Shown in pieces: positions 35,508 through 44,817 of a stretch of DNA of 64,000 nt. The DNA is from Nitrososphaerota archaeon. Its GTDB lineage: Archaea > Thermoproteota > Nitrososphaeria > Nitrososphaerales > Gagatemarchaeaceae. The DNA lies in the NCBI GenBank assembly GCA_027887045.1, contig JAPCJH010000002.1:134723-198722 (forward strand), in the 5' to 3' direction. Every line of letters begins with the position of its first letter. The first letter of the stretch is position 1. Made by a program: the position numbers and the translations under genes. The notes beneath the pieces were generated by a model. The model had not been told where the DNA came from. It made no database searches and was given only the letters and a program-made list of their open reading frames with translations.

Positions 35508-36572
35508 TTAGGTGTGTCCATGCTCAGTGTTCAGAAATCTTGCGATAATTTCAATTGGGTCCTCCATTGAAGTAAGGACCCTCGAAGCCCTTCGCGCGAA
35601 CACTTTGCCAACTCCCGGCTTCAAGAAAGATCTCGCGAGTTTGGCCATGGCATTTTCTGTTCGTGCCTTTTTCAGAAGACCAACCGAGATCAGGTATTTT
35701 TCGGTGTACAGGTTTCCTTGAAATGCGGAGATTGTCGGGACGCCCATGAGCGCCGCTTCAGCGGTCATCGTTCCGCCGAGTCCAATGAAGACGCTTGCAC
35801 GCCCCAGTAATGATGTGCCATCGACAGCCTCCTCCGGGACTTCGAACGAGGCGCCGAACATATCTTTGACGTGTTGGAGCTGGTCGTCATATCTGCATAG
35901 CGCGATGCGCTTTGAATCGGGGAAATCCTTTGCAATCCTTCGAAGAATGCTGTCGACCCATCCCAGATCTTTCCCCTTCATATATGGCGCATAACTTTCC
36001 TCAAGTCTGACGATAATCGTCTTTTCCCGAGAAGACGGTTGCGACGACATCTTGATTCTCTTCAGCCATGCCGCGGGGTCGAGCGCACGGTAACGCGTGA
36101 TCTGTTTCCTTTTGATTGCGAAAGGAGCCCACGCGCGGTGGGGAATGACCCACGGTGTAAAGAGATGACGAGTCAGTGGGAGGGAGAGCTTCCCGGCGAT
36201 CGCAGAGTGGGGCGAATCATTCACTGCGTAGTGTGGGACGGACAACCCGAATGAAATCCTGGCGCAGTCTGCGGAAGCGACCGAGACAGAAAAATCCGGA
36301 GCGAATTCCTCGATGATAGGCAGAAGTTGGCGCTCGCGTTCGATACTGGCCGCCAGCTGATCCTTGGGATCCTTCCCACCTCTCTCCCCGACGTAGGTCA
36401 GATCGACTCCATGCATCTTCGAGAGTTGCTCGACTTCGCGATATCGCCTAGAAGTCGCGAGAATCTCAAAGCCTCCGGCACGCAGGGTCTCGATGAGAGG
36501 GCGGAAGAAGAGGACTTGTTTTGGCGTCAGTATTTCGATCCACCCTCTATGCGAAGACACGACTGGATTCAC
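35508..36572 (-). CDS. DUF354-family protein (GT-B-fold, glycosyltransferase/epimerase-like)
   Basis: N-terminus WIEILTPKQVLFFRPLIETLRAGGFEILATSR matches the DUF354 consensus (KIWIDI.n.pHV.FFKPII.EL.krGHEV.IT.R). 354 aa. Confidence 0.65.
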   Translation of the reverse strand: MNPVVSSHRGWIEILTPKQVLFFRPLIETLRAGGFEILATSRRYREVEQLSKMHGVDLTYVGERGGKDPKDQLAASIERERQLLPIIEEFAPDFSVSVASADCARISFGLSVPHYAVNDSPHSAIAGKLSLPLTRHLFTPWVIPHRAWAPFAIKRKQITRYRALDPAAWLKRIKMSSQPSSREKTIIVRLEESYAPYMKGKDLGWVDSILRRIAKDFPDSKRIALCRYDDQLQHVKDMFGASFEVPEEAVDGTSLLGRASVFIGLGGTMTAEAALMGVPTISAFQGNLYTEKYLISVGLLKKARTENAMAKLARSFLKPGVGKVFARRASRVLTSMEDPIEIIARFLNTEHGHT

Positions 36573-36615
36573 GGTTTGTGGGCTGGGGCGTCGACGTTTC
36601 GGACTTTATTTAACC

Positions 36616-36625
36616 AATTTTGTCG
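36616..36625 (+). promoter_or_regulatory. TATA-box-like element upstream of 36672 GTG start
   Basis: ggactTTATTTAAcc lies about 50 nt upstream of the proposed start of the dehydrogenase-like gene, in the 100-nt divergent intergenic region. Confidence 0.3.
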
Positions 36626-36671
36626 CCGAGATAATCAAAGTATAATTAGACTTCAAAGAAACGGACGCTCA

Positions 36672-37817
36672 GTGCCCAAGAACTCTGCGAGACCCAAGGT
36701 CGCCATGTACGGTTTGACGACCGAAGGCTACGCGCTGGCCGCGAAATTCGTCGAGAGGGCGGACGTAACGGTCGTTGATGAGACGCTTCAAATGGCCCTT
36801 GAGCTCAATTCTGCGTTTCTAAAGAAGAACCAGAATCTGGAGGAACTCATGGGGAGCGAACCGCTGATGAGTTTCAAACCCATCGAGCAGGTCCTCAGCG
36901 ATTCACAGATCATCTTCTTCACGCCGAAGCTCCGGAGACCTTCTGATGAATCTCTCATCGAAGCGAGCTCTAAACTCCGGGACCTCTCCAAGTACATTGT
37001 GAAGGGGTCAGTCTTGGTGAACACGCTGCCGACGGGTCCCGGTGGGAACGCTGAGAACATCATGGTCATCGAGAAACAGACCGGGCTCGGGATCGGGGAT
37101 ACGCTCGCGTATGCCTATGTCCCCCTGCGGGCAGGGAGCACAGACGCCCAGACGGTCGCTTACGCGGGAGCCGGCGAAGAGAACCCCCTTGAGATTCTGG
37201 GTTTCAAGCCCAACGCCCAAAACATCTTCGCAGCAGAGCTCGCCTACGCGTCGTCCGTGCTGATTCAGGCCGTGGGGATGGCGACGGAAGTGGAGTTGAT
37301 GAAGAGGGCACGGGAAGCGAGAGTCAAGTTCTTGGGGAGAGGGGAGGCGTTCTATTTCGATGAACTGGCCCAACACGTACACGAGCTGAGGGCGGTGCAA
37401 TCCAGTGAAGAAGCGGGTGAATCAATAACGTACCTCGCAGGTGCGGCACTGAAAAGCGTGGAGAACTATGTAAGATATGTGGTTGACGAAACTCGAGAGA
37501 TGTTGAAGGAGATGGAGCTCAAAGCGAGCAGGACAAAAGTACTGATTCTTTGGACTCTCGATCGATACGAGATGAGGGGAGACAGGCTTCAGCTCGCCGA
37601 AAGCATAAGCACCAGGCTGAAGGATTACGTAACGGACGTCGTCGTTCACAGCGGTGCCAAACTTGCTGGTGGGTCAGACATCTTCGATTCCCAAAAGCAT
37701 AACGTCGCTGTAGTGTGTTCAAAGAGAGACTATGAGGGCGTCAGGGAGGCCCGCAAAGGTCAACGTGGTTTCGAGCTCTCGCTCCTCCAAGCGACGGCGG
37801 ACCTCAGAAGGGAGTAG
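36672..37817 (+). CDS. Nucleotide-sugar dehydrogenase family paralog with degenerate NAD-binding and catalytic motifs (probable pseudoenzyme)
   Basis: KVAMYGLTTEGYALAAKF stands where the Rossmann IAVIGLGYVGLPLA belongs; GxGxxG is lost. The catalytic PEF region reads AYVPLRAGS. The C-terminal UDPG_MGDP_dh_C-like KVLILWTLDRYEMRGDRLQLAESISTRLKDYVTDVVVHSGAKLAG is retained. The first 115 codons of the track ORF overlap DUF354 and are rejected. Confidence 0.45.
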   Translation: MPKNSARPKVAMYGLTTEGYALAAKFVERADVTVVDETLQMALELNSAFLKKNQNLEELMGSEPLMSFKPIEQVLSDSQIIFFTPKLRRPSDESLIEASSKLRDLSKYIVKGSVLVNTLPTGPGGNAENIMVIEKQTGLGIGDTLAYAYVPLRAGSTDAQTVAYAGAGEENPLEILGFKPNAQNIFAAELAYASSVLIQAVGMATEVELMKRAREARVKFLGRGEAFYFDELAQHVHELRAVQSSEEAGESITYLAGAALKSVENYVRYVVDETREMLKEMELKASRTKVLILWTLDRYEMRGDRLQLAESISTRLKDYVTDVVVHSGAKLAGGSDIFDSQKHNVAVVCSKRDYEGVREARKGQRGFELSLLQATADLRRE

Positions 37818-37832
37818 TCGAATAACCCTAAA

Positions 37833-38798
37833 TTGCCGTCAGGAGCCCGCGAGAAACAGAACATGCCCAAGGTCGCTGTCATTGGCACGGGCGGGTGGGG
37901 GAAGAACCACGTCAGGGTTCTGAACGAACTTGGGTCACTAGCAGCAGTTTGCGACGCCGACAAGGATCGGTTGAAGGAGTATTCGGAAAAATATCGAGTT
38001 CCGGGTTACGCCACTGTGGACTCTCTCCTTGATGGGGAAGCGCTGGACGGGGTGGCCGTCTGCACACCCGCGTCCACCCACTTCAGCATCGCCTCCAAGA
38101 CTCTCAACGCCGGAATCAACACGTTCGTCGAAAAACCGATGACGACAACGACCGCTGACGCCGAGAAATTGATAGATATCGCGAAGAAGGCAAGAAGAAT
38201 CCTCACGGTCGGATTCATCGAGAGGTTCAACCCCGCCATTGCGGAGCTGAGGAAAAGAATCGCTTCGGGTGAATTGGGGAAGCTGATCCTTCTCGAGTTC
38301 CATCGGGAGAACAGGAGAGGGGACAACATAGTCGATGTCGGCATCGTGAAGGACGCGTCAGTTCATGACATCGACACCGCGAGGTGGCTTTTCGAAGAGG
38401 AGCCGAACATAGTCTTCGGGCGGGTCGGCCAGGTTAAGTCCCCGCACGAGGACTTCGCGACGATCCTGCTGGGCTTCAAGGAACAGAGGACCGCTTTTAT
38501 TGCGAGCAACTGGGTGACACCGAGCAGGGTGAGGACTTTGACCGCGGTTTTCACAAATGGCGTCGTAACCGTGGATTTTGTGACCCAGGAAACGCAGATT
38601 CACACGGAAGAAGGGGTTCGCGTTCCGAAGACCGTCTTTCAGGAGCCCCTTATGCTCGAGGTGAAAGAGTTTCTTGCCGCATTGCGGGAGAAGAGGCGGC
38701 CTATGGTGACGGGAGAGGACGGTCTGAAAACGATGGTCATCGCGGAGGCGGTCCTGGCTTCCAGCCAGTCTGGCATGCCGATCATAATGAGAGCGTGA
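37833..38798 (+). CDS. Gfo/Idh/MocA-family NAD-dependent sugar oxidoreductase (WbpB-like)
   Basis: KVAVIGTGGWGKNHVRVLNELGSLAAVCDADKDRLKEY...VCTPASTHFSIASKTLNAGINTFVEKPMT. Confidence 0.8.
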   Translation: MPSGAREKQNMPKVAVIGTGGWGKNHVRVLNELGSLAAVCDADKDRLKEYSEKYRVPGYATVDSLLDGEALDGVAVCTPASTHFSIASKTLNAGINTFVEKPMTTTTADAEKLIDIAKKARRILTVGFIERFNPAIAELRKRIASGELGKLILLEFHRENRRGDNIVDVGIVKDASVHDIDTARWLFEEEPNIVFGRVGQVKSPHEDFATILLGFKEQRTAFIASNWVTPSRVRTLTAVFTNGVVTVDFVTQETQIHTEEGVRVPKTVFQEPLMLEVKEFLAALREKRRPMVTGEDGLKTMVIAEAVLASSQSGMPIIMRA

Positions 38799-38805
38799 CC
38801 ACGTC

Positions 38806-39300
38806 GTGGCCAAGAAGTCGCGGAAGATCATCAACTTTGTGGCTCCCGACGCTAGGTTGGGAAAGAACGTCAGGATTTGGCACTTTTCGTACGTCGGTTC
38901 GCGCTCCGTGATAGGGGACAACGTCAAGATCGGCTCGCTTTCGCACGTGGACTATGGCGTCAGAATCGGGAGGGACACGATGATAGAGGGCAACGTCTAC
39001 ATCCCCCCTCTTTCTCGAATCGGGAAGAACGTCTTCATCGGCCCCGGAGCAGTCTTGACAAACGACCCGTACCCTCCGAGCAAAAGACTGACCGGTGTGA
39101 TCATCGAAGATCACGCCGTCCTGGGTGCTCGGTGCGTCATCAAGGCGGGCGTCCGGATCGGCAGGGGTGCCGTAGTAGCCATGGGCTCGGTCGTCACCAA
39201 GGATGTTCCACCTGGGAAGCTCGTGATGGGAGTGCCCGCAAGGGTCGTCTACGAGAGAACGCTCTACGACAAAAAACGGTCTAAGTGGGAGACGGGATGA
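38806..39300 (+). CDS. Hexapeptide-repeat (LbH) sugar N-acetyltransferase (WbpD-like)
   Basis: GTG start. Repeated hexapeptides GKNVRIWHFSYVGSRSVIGDNVKIGSLSHVDYGVRIGRDTMIEGNVYI...GPGAVLTND...GARCVIKAGVRIGRGAVVAMGSVV. Confidence 0.8.
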   Translation: MAKKSRKIINFVAPDARLGKNVRIWHFSYVGSRSVIGDNVKIGSLSHVDYGVRIGRDTMIEGNVYIPPLSRIGKNVFIGPGAVLTNDPYPPSKRLTGVIIEDHAVLGARCVIKAGVRIGRGAVVAMGSVVTKDVPPGKLVMGVPARVVYERTLYDKKRSKWETG

Positions 39301-39577
39301 TGCGCCTGCTCCTAACGTAGATCCTCCTTGCATAGACCATAACTCCGACCCAAACGAGTACGAGACCGAAGGTGAGTCCTATCTTCAGAATCGCGACGAC
39401 CGTGAAGACTCCGCTGTTGTGGATGGCCGGGAATGCTGGGACAATAACTACGAAGAAGAGGAACGAGAGGCCGATTATCAGGAACCAGGACAAGGTGATG
39501 AGTGACATGAGCGGTAGAACTCTCTTCAACATCAAAGCAACCACGTCAGCGCTGAGGTGACTGCTGAAAGGAAACAC
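39281..39577 (-). CDS. Small hydrophobic membrane protein
   Basis: 98 aa with three hydrophobic helices. Overlaps neighbouring gene ends. Confidence 0.3.
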   Translation of the reverse strand: MFPFSSHLSADVVALMLKRVLPLMSLITLSWFLIIGLSFLFFVVIVPAFPAIHNSGVFTVVAILKIGLTFGLVLVWVGVMVYARRIYVRSRRIIPSPT

Positions 39578-40572
39578 GCGTATGCGGTGAGGATAAGGAT
39601 TATGTGCACGACACCCTTCTCAGACAAAGGGCCGTCCAAGAGAATCATCCTCACGAGGGTCGTTGGAGCCGTTGGCTCTCTCCTCGCGTATAGTAGCCCG
39701 TCCTCCCCCATCTTGGTCGGCCGAGCTCCCATCATCCGGCGTTCCACCAGTCCCCTGACGCTCGAAAGGATGTAGAAGGAGTTGAGTATGGCTGGGATGA
39801 TTGCCACGACCGCGGCGAGTTCCACCCCACCGATGACCGCCAGCGCAGCGTACATGGCTCCGAGCGCCAGACTCCCGCTGTCACCGTCGAAGACCCTCGA
39901 AGGATATCTGTTGTAAAAGTAGAAGCCGAGGGACGCGCCCGCGAGTGGAAGCGCGAGGGAGAGGCGGCCCACGGAGTAATCCGACTGGTCGGAGGCACGG
40001 AGAATCATCCCGAGTATCAGCGCCAGGGAAACCAGTATGGTAAAGCCCGAGACCTCTCCGTTGAAGGAATCCACCATGTTGAATGCGTTCGACACAATCG
40101 GGAGCGCGGCAAGAACCAAAATCGAGTAGATGGTAAAGTGAGCACCAGAGAGAGTAAAGAGAGGGAAGTAGAGCCTCGGATCGAAGACGCCCTGGATCGC
40201 CGCGCCAGCAGCAACGAGCGGGATCGCGCTCAACAGAAGAAGTAGTGGTTTGATTCTCCCTCCCAAGACGAAAATGTCGTCGGCGAGCCCGACGGCCGAC
40301 GCGATCAGAACGACCGCGACTATCACGAGGGGGAGCACCGAAGGATAGAATGCGTAACTGAATCCCTCACCTATAACCAGGGCCAACACGAGCAGAGGGC
40401 CCGCGGGCGAGGGAACTTTCACCCCTCCTTGTTTGTGGACATCATCGACTACTCGGTTTCGGCGCACCAAGTACTTCATGAACGGCGGAAGAAGCAGAAA
40501 TACGAAAGCGAGTGACGAGAGGAAAATCAGGAAGAGCGGAAACGCGTCCTGCTGTCCAGGAAGCAAATACAA
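39532..40572 (-). CDS. Glycosyltransferase family 4 polyprenyl-phosphate HexNAc-1-phosphate transferase (MraY/WecA/AglH-like)
   Basis: ...NRVVDDVHKQGGVKVPSPAGPLLV..., NAFNMVDSFNGEVSG (NxxNxxDGxDGL-like) and VFDGDSGSLALG motifs. 10-11 TM helices. Confidence 0.75.
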   Translation of the reverse strand: MYLLPGQQDAFPLFLIFLSSLAFVFLLLPPFMKYLVRRNRVVDDVHKQGGVKVPSPAGPLLVLALVIGEGFSYAFYPSVLPLVIVAVVLIASAVGLADDIFVLGGRIKPLLLLLSAIPLVAAGAAIQGVFDPRLYFPLFTLSGAHFTIYSILVLAALPIVSNAFNMVDSFNGEVSGFTILVSLALILGMILRASDQSDYSVGRLSLALPLAGASLGFYFYNRYPSRVFDGDSGSLALGAMYAALAVIGGVELAAVVAIIPAILNSFYILSSVRGLVERRMMGARPTKMGEDGLLYARREPTAPTTLVRMILLDGPLSEKGVVHIILILTAYACFLSAVTSALTWLL

Positions 40573-40630
40573 TTTTCGGTCGGAGTCGGTTTCTACTTAA
40601 AGCATTTCGAAGCTTTGGAAAAACCCTTGC

Positions 40631-40990
40631 GTGAGTGCTTCAATTCGCTTCAACGTTATATATGCCCCTCGAGCGACCGAGATGCGACTGCTGAAGATGA
40701 ACATTAAAGATCTCAGAGACGGAATGCGCCGAGTTGACGCAGAAGGAGAAATCGTTGACATCTCTGATCCGCGGACCGTGAACCTGAGAACAGGCGGCGA
40801 GGCGAAGGTGGCTGATTGTACACTTCGAGACGAAACGGGGTCAATCAAGCTTTCCCTCTGGGACGATCAGATTGACGCAGTACGCCCGGGCGCCAAAGTT
40901 AGGGTGACGAACGGCTACACTAACAGCTTCAGGGGGGAAGTGAGGCTGAACGTTGGAAGGTACGGAAAGCTCGAAGTATTGGAAAGTTAA
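40631..40990 (+). CDS. Single-stranded-DNA-binding protein (single OB-fold, RPA/SSB-like)
   Basis: VDAEGEIVDISDPRTVNLRTGGEAKVADCTLRDETGSIKLSLWDDQIDAVRPGAKVRVTNGYTNSFRGEVRLNVGRYGKLEVLES is an archaeal SSB OB-fold pattern. The start may be one of the internal Met residues. Confidence 0.6.
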   Translation: MSASIRFNVIYAPRATEMRLLKMNIKDLRDGMRRVDAEGEIVDISDPRTVNLRTGGEAKVADCTLRDETGSIKLSLWDDQIDAVRPGAKVRVTNGYTNSFRGEVRLNVGRYGKLEVLES

Positions 40991-41014
40991 CAGGCCGCCT
41001 CCGTGTAAGGAATC

Positions 41015-42352
41015 TTGGATTACCTCCTCTGGTCACTGCTTTCGCTGGACGCCCTCGTTGGGATAGCTTGGCTTCTCACGCTTCTATATCAGGTGAGAGA
41101 GCTATCTAGCTATCCGCAATTCTTCCTAAGGAAGGGGGAAGGCTCGAACACCACCCTCTTGAGTGTGATTATTCCGGCTAGGAACGAGGAGAAAAGGATC
41201 GGACGTTGCCTGGAATCGGTTTCACAACAGAGGCGCGTGCGGTCGGAGATCATCGTCGTAGACGACGAATCGAACGACCGGACAACAGAAATCGTCGACG
41301 GGTTCGCTCGGAAAGACAACAGGGTGCGGTTGGTCCGAGGTGCGATGCTACCAGAAGGTTGGGTCGGGAAGAACTGGGCGTGCCATCAAGGATTTCTCGC
41401 CAGCAGCGGGGAATGGTTGCTCTTTCTCGACTCGGATTCATTTCTCCACCCTGAAACCGTGACCTCGTCCTTGGCTCGCGTGGAACAGAAGGGCTTGCAC
41501 GCGCTCTCAATATTCCCCGCCGAGGACGTCCAGGGCTTCTGGGCAAAGATGGTCTGGCCAGTGGTGGCGGCGATGATCAGGACCCTCTACCCTCTCCGCG
41601 AAGTGGCAGACCCGAAGGGAAGGAGTGCTCTGGTTTTCGGTGCCTACGTCTTGATCGAGCGGGCTTCGTACCTAGCGATCGGCGGCCATGAGAGGGTGAG
41701 GTCCGAGTTGGTGGAGGACAAACAGATCGGCGCGAATCTGAAATCGGCACGAGTGCCATACGAGGTCGTACTGGGACGCGGAATGGTCGTTTCCGGGCTC
41801 GCCAGCGGTTTTGGAAGAATCTGGAATTCAATTAGGCGAATCGCCAGCAATCCGACGAGGGGTAGCATGGGGAAGGGGCTGGGATTCGTGACCGCGGGGA
41901 TATTCATGTTCATTTTCCCTTTCGCGGTTCTCATGCTCTCCGTCGCAGAGGGAGAAGTACCCTTGGAGGCGGTGGTCGTGGCATTGATCTCGTTCTTCTC
42001 TCCCGCAGCAATCGTGACTTTCGACATCTGGAACGGCGCCAGACCTTCCTACCTCTATTCGCTACTCGCAACTCTCGGAGGGACACTAATCGTTCTCGGA
42101 GTCTTGAGAGAGATCTTGAAATCGTCCGACTTAAGTTGGCGTGGAAGAACTTATGTTCTGGGAAGTCTTCGATTGAAGACCACCCTTCAGGGCATCAGCT
42201 CCGAGGATTGGGCCCTCCGTCGCTCCGTTCCCCATCACGGCTTCACACCGCCCCGCGCTCCTGCCCGAACCATAGGCAGACATGGTATCTTCCCGCGCCT
42301 CTCGATGTTGATTGCCGCATTGAAGTCGCGGTCGAGCCGGCACCCACATTGA
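41015..42352 (+). CDS. Membrane glycosyltransferase family 2; 3' end probably altered by adjacent IS remnant
   Basis: LLSVIIPARNEEKRIGRCLESV...IIVVDDESNDRTTEIV...LFLDSDS (GT-A DxD) plus C-terminal TM helices. The last roughly 40 codons run antisense through the TnpB zinc-ribbon fragment and look non-native. Confidence 0.7.
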   Translation: MDYLLWSLLSLDALVGIAWLLTLLYQVRELSSYPQFFLRKGEGSNTTLLSVIIPARNEEKRIGRCLESVSQQRRVRSEIIVVDDESNDRTTEIVDGFARKDNRVRLVRGAMLPEGWVGKNWACHQGFLASSGEWLLFLDSDSFLHPETVTSSLARVEQKGLHALSIFPAEDVQGFWAKMVWPVVAAMIRTLYPLREVADPKGRSALVFGAYVLIERASYLAIGGHERVRSELVEDKQIGANLKSARVPYEVVLGRGMVVSGLASGFGRIWNSIRRIASNPTRGSMGKGLGFVTAGIFMFIFPFAVLMLSVAEGEVPLEAVVVALISFFSPAAIVTFDIWNGARPSYLYSLLATLGGTLIVLGVLREILKSSDLSWRGRTYVLGSLRLKTTLQGISSEDWALRRSVPHHGFTPPRAPARTIGRHGIFPRLSMLIAALKSRSSRHPH

Positions 42353-43330
42353 GGGCATAGCCAGCTCCTTTCGGTCACCTTCAGCTTCCGGTTGACTTGA
42401 TGGCACTTGGAACACTCCTTCGACGTGTTGCGAGGGTTCACGAACTCCACCTGGACTCCGGCCCAAGTGGCCTTGCACGCGATCTGCTGCTGCAGGAGTC
42501 TGAACGGCCAAAGATTAGCTCTCCCTCTTGAGTCTCTCCCCTTACCGTTTCCCCTGGCGTGTGTCTTTCGAATCCCCTTGAGTCGTTCGAGGAAGATAGA
42601 TTCCCAGTTCTCCAGGGTCTTCTAAATTATCTGCTTGGAGACGAGGTTGAGAGTTTGCTTGACGCGCTCCCTCTCCCTCCTTGAGCTAGCGAACTTCCGC
42701 TTGAGCTTTTCGTCGTGGGGATGTCTCGCGTAGAATTCGCTTCGCCTGACGCCCTACTCGGTGTGGATTCGGGCGACACTGGAAAGGTCGATTCCTATTC
42801 CGTCGCTACCCACTATTGACCTGTGGTTGAGGTCGTAGCCGACCCTTCTCAGAGGCGACATGACATCGGTTTCCTTCGAGAAGGCGATGATGATCTTGGA
42901 GTCGGTCACGGTCACGGAACCCCGCTTGAGCGTCGTGTCCATGAGGAAGGAGCGCTGCCAGTCGCCGTACTTGAGGGGTATCAGAACGCGAAGTCCCTTC
43001 TTGTTCGGAAGGCTGAGTATACCGTAGTTCAGGGAATAGTTAGCTGAGTCCATCTTGAGCTGAGCTTGGAGGCGAATGGCCTCCTATTCCATCGATGGTG
43101 CTTCTTTACTATCGACCACCCGACCTCTGCGACGGAGTACGGATAGGGCGACACTATGCCATATCTTTCTTGGAAGTCCTTCTAGATCCTGTCGCGGACC
43201 CTCAGCCGCCCTTTGATGTTCTCCGCGAAGCAGAGCTTGATCGCGTGGTTGACCATCAACCGGAACGTTTCGAGCAGTTCTCTCGTTTCGTGTGTGGGCT
43301 CGTAACTGAAGGTGACCGCCTTGAGAGAAC
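42235..43330 (-). pseudogene. tnpB: IS200/IS605-family TnpB (OrfB) pseudogene, multiply frameshifted, no tnpA
   Basis: N-terminal frame RSLKAVTFSYEPTHETRELLETFRLMVNHAIKLCF. Next frame YGIVSPYPYSVAEVGWSIVKK. Then LRRVGYDLNHRSIVGSDGIGIDLS (RuvC-I-like). Then CSKCHQVNRKLKVTERSWLCPQCGCRLDRDFNAAINI (zinc ribbon plus RuvC-III). These lie in three to four different frames. Confidence 0.6.
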
Positions 43331-43487
43331 GCACTTGGGCAAGGATAACTTCCTGAAAAATAAAGGCGGGCGAATATTTCTAATTATTAGTGGGGACCTC
43401 CATGAAACTAATCGGATCAGTCTTAACGACCGAAGACTCTCAGAACCCTTACAAGCCAGCACGACCAGTAACGACGGAGTGAAGTGA

Positions 43488-43979
43488 ATGGGCGCTACCG
43501 GGGTTCTCCTGAGGAAATTACGTGCGAAGATTTCCGATGAGCCAACAGGCTTCAGCTGGGTCGAAGAGGGGAAGCTCGCCGCATCTGGTCTCCCAGCATC
43601 ACGGTCGCAAGTTCGATGGCTAACCGAACATGGGGTAAACAGTATCCTGTCGCTCACCGAGGCGCCGCTTCCAGAGCGATGGATCGAGGGCGTAGGAATT
43701 GATTACAAGCACGTTCCGATGAAAGACCACGGACAGCCCAGCGTCGAGGAACTGCGTGAGGCAACGAGCTATGTGAACGGTGAACGTGGTCGCGGGCGCG
43801 TAGTTCTTGTCCATTGCCTCGCGGGGAAGGGAAGGACGGGCTGCGTGCTCGCCACGCTGATGATTCTGGACGGGAAACCGGCCGGAGAGGCGATCAAAAT
43901 TATTAGGACTAAACGCCCGGGTTCCATCGAGTCCGGTCAGGAAAACGCCCTCTTCGACTTCGCAGCCAGCGTAGGATAA
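43488..43979 (+). CDS. Dual-specificity/tyrosine protein phosphatase
   Basis: VLVHCLAGKGRTGCVLATLMI is the HCxxGxxR(S/T) P-loop. Confidence 0.75.
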   Translation: MGATGVLLRKLRAKISDEPTGFSWVEEGKLAASGLPASRSQVRWLTEHGVNSILSLTEAPLPERWIEGVGIDYKHVPMKDHGQPSVEELREATSYVNGERGRGRVVLVHCLAGKGRTGCVLATLMILDGKPAGEAIKIIRTKRPGSIESGQENALFDFAASVG

Positions 43980-44101
43980 GAGCAAAAGGGTGCCGACATT
44001 CTATCGGCAGAAATGCGGGGATGACTGACAGCCTTAATAGCACGAAGGCGCAAGTGTGATTCCTGCAAGATTACGTAGTTCTTCACAGGTCCGAGCCCCG
44101 A

Positions 44102-44785
44102 GTGCACGGAGGAGTGATGATCTGCGGCCTTCCTGACAGCGGAATGGTCGCGAAGATTGCCGTCGATCGAATTATAGAAGCGGTGGGCGCCAAAATCGTC
44201 GCAGACGTCTACAGCCCCAGTCTTCCTCCGCAGGTCGGAATAAACAAAGGGATTGTCGAACTAATGGGCCATCATCTTTTTGCCTCCGATAAGGGGAAAC
44301 TGCTCATCTACACAGGGGATTCTCAACCGGTCGACCCACCTGGGGCTTTCGCGCTCTCCGAACTCGTGGTAAAGTTAGCAAGAGAGTACCGCGTGCGTGA
44401 GCTGATCGTCATCGCCGCGATGATAAGAGGAACTCAAGTTGCGAAACCGGCCGTCTTCGTTTCGGGGACGAGCCGGCGTCTTATCGACGAATACGTGGCC
44501 CTGGGAGCCGGTAAGACGAGCCCTGGGATGGTCACTTGGATGCACGGGGTGATAATGGGGGAAGCGCTGAAACACGGGGTGCAGGCCGTTTGCCTTTCAG
44601 CGGAGACGCAGGGGGAAGTCCCCGATCCAACCTCTTCAGAATCGGCTCTGGCCATACTGGAGAAGCGTCTCTCCTTGAAGTTGCGGTTTCGGTCCAGGGC
44701 CTCTAAGCGGGAGAGGGTCGCCACGAAGAAAATCCCTGAGCTGAGAAAGCCGGAGAAGAGCGCGGAACCGACGTACATCCGATAG
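44102..44785 (+). CDS. PAC2-family (proteasome-assembly-chaperone-like) protein, putative
   Basis: N-terminus VMICGLPDSGMVAKIAVDRIIEAV resembles the PAC2/DUF75 hallmark (G.PG.G.VG..A...LI). 227 aa. Confidence 0.4.
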   Translation: MHGGVMICGLPDSGMVAKIAVDRIIEAVGAKIVADVYSPSLPPQVGINKGIVELMGHHLFASDKGKLLIYTGDSQPVDPPGAFALSELVVKLAREYRVRELIVIAAMIRGTQVAKPAVFVSGTSRRLIDEYVALGAGKTSPGMVTWMHGVIMGEALKHGVQAVCLSAETQGEVPDPTSSESALAILEKRLSLKLRFRSRASKRERVATKKIPELRKPEKSAEPTYIR

Positions 44786-44817
44786 TCGAGACGCCTATCG
44801 CGACTGTCGTGTCACGC

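Noticed and set aside
36327-36671. N-terminal 115 codons of ORF 36327..37817
   Set aside because: It overlaps the 5' end of the divergent DUF354 gene. A GTG with an upstream TATA-like box at 36672 gives a protein that begins at the dehydrogenase-homologous region.
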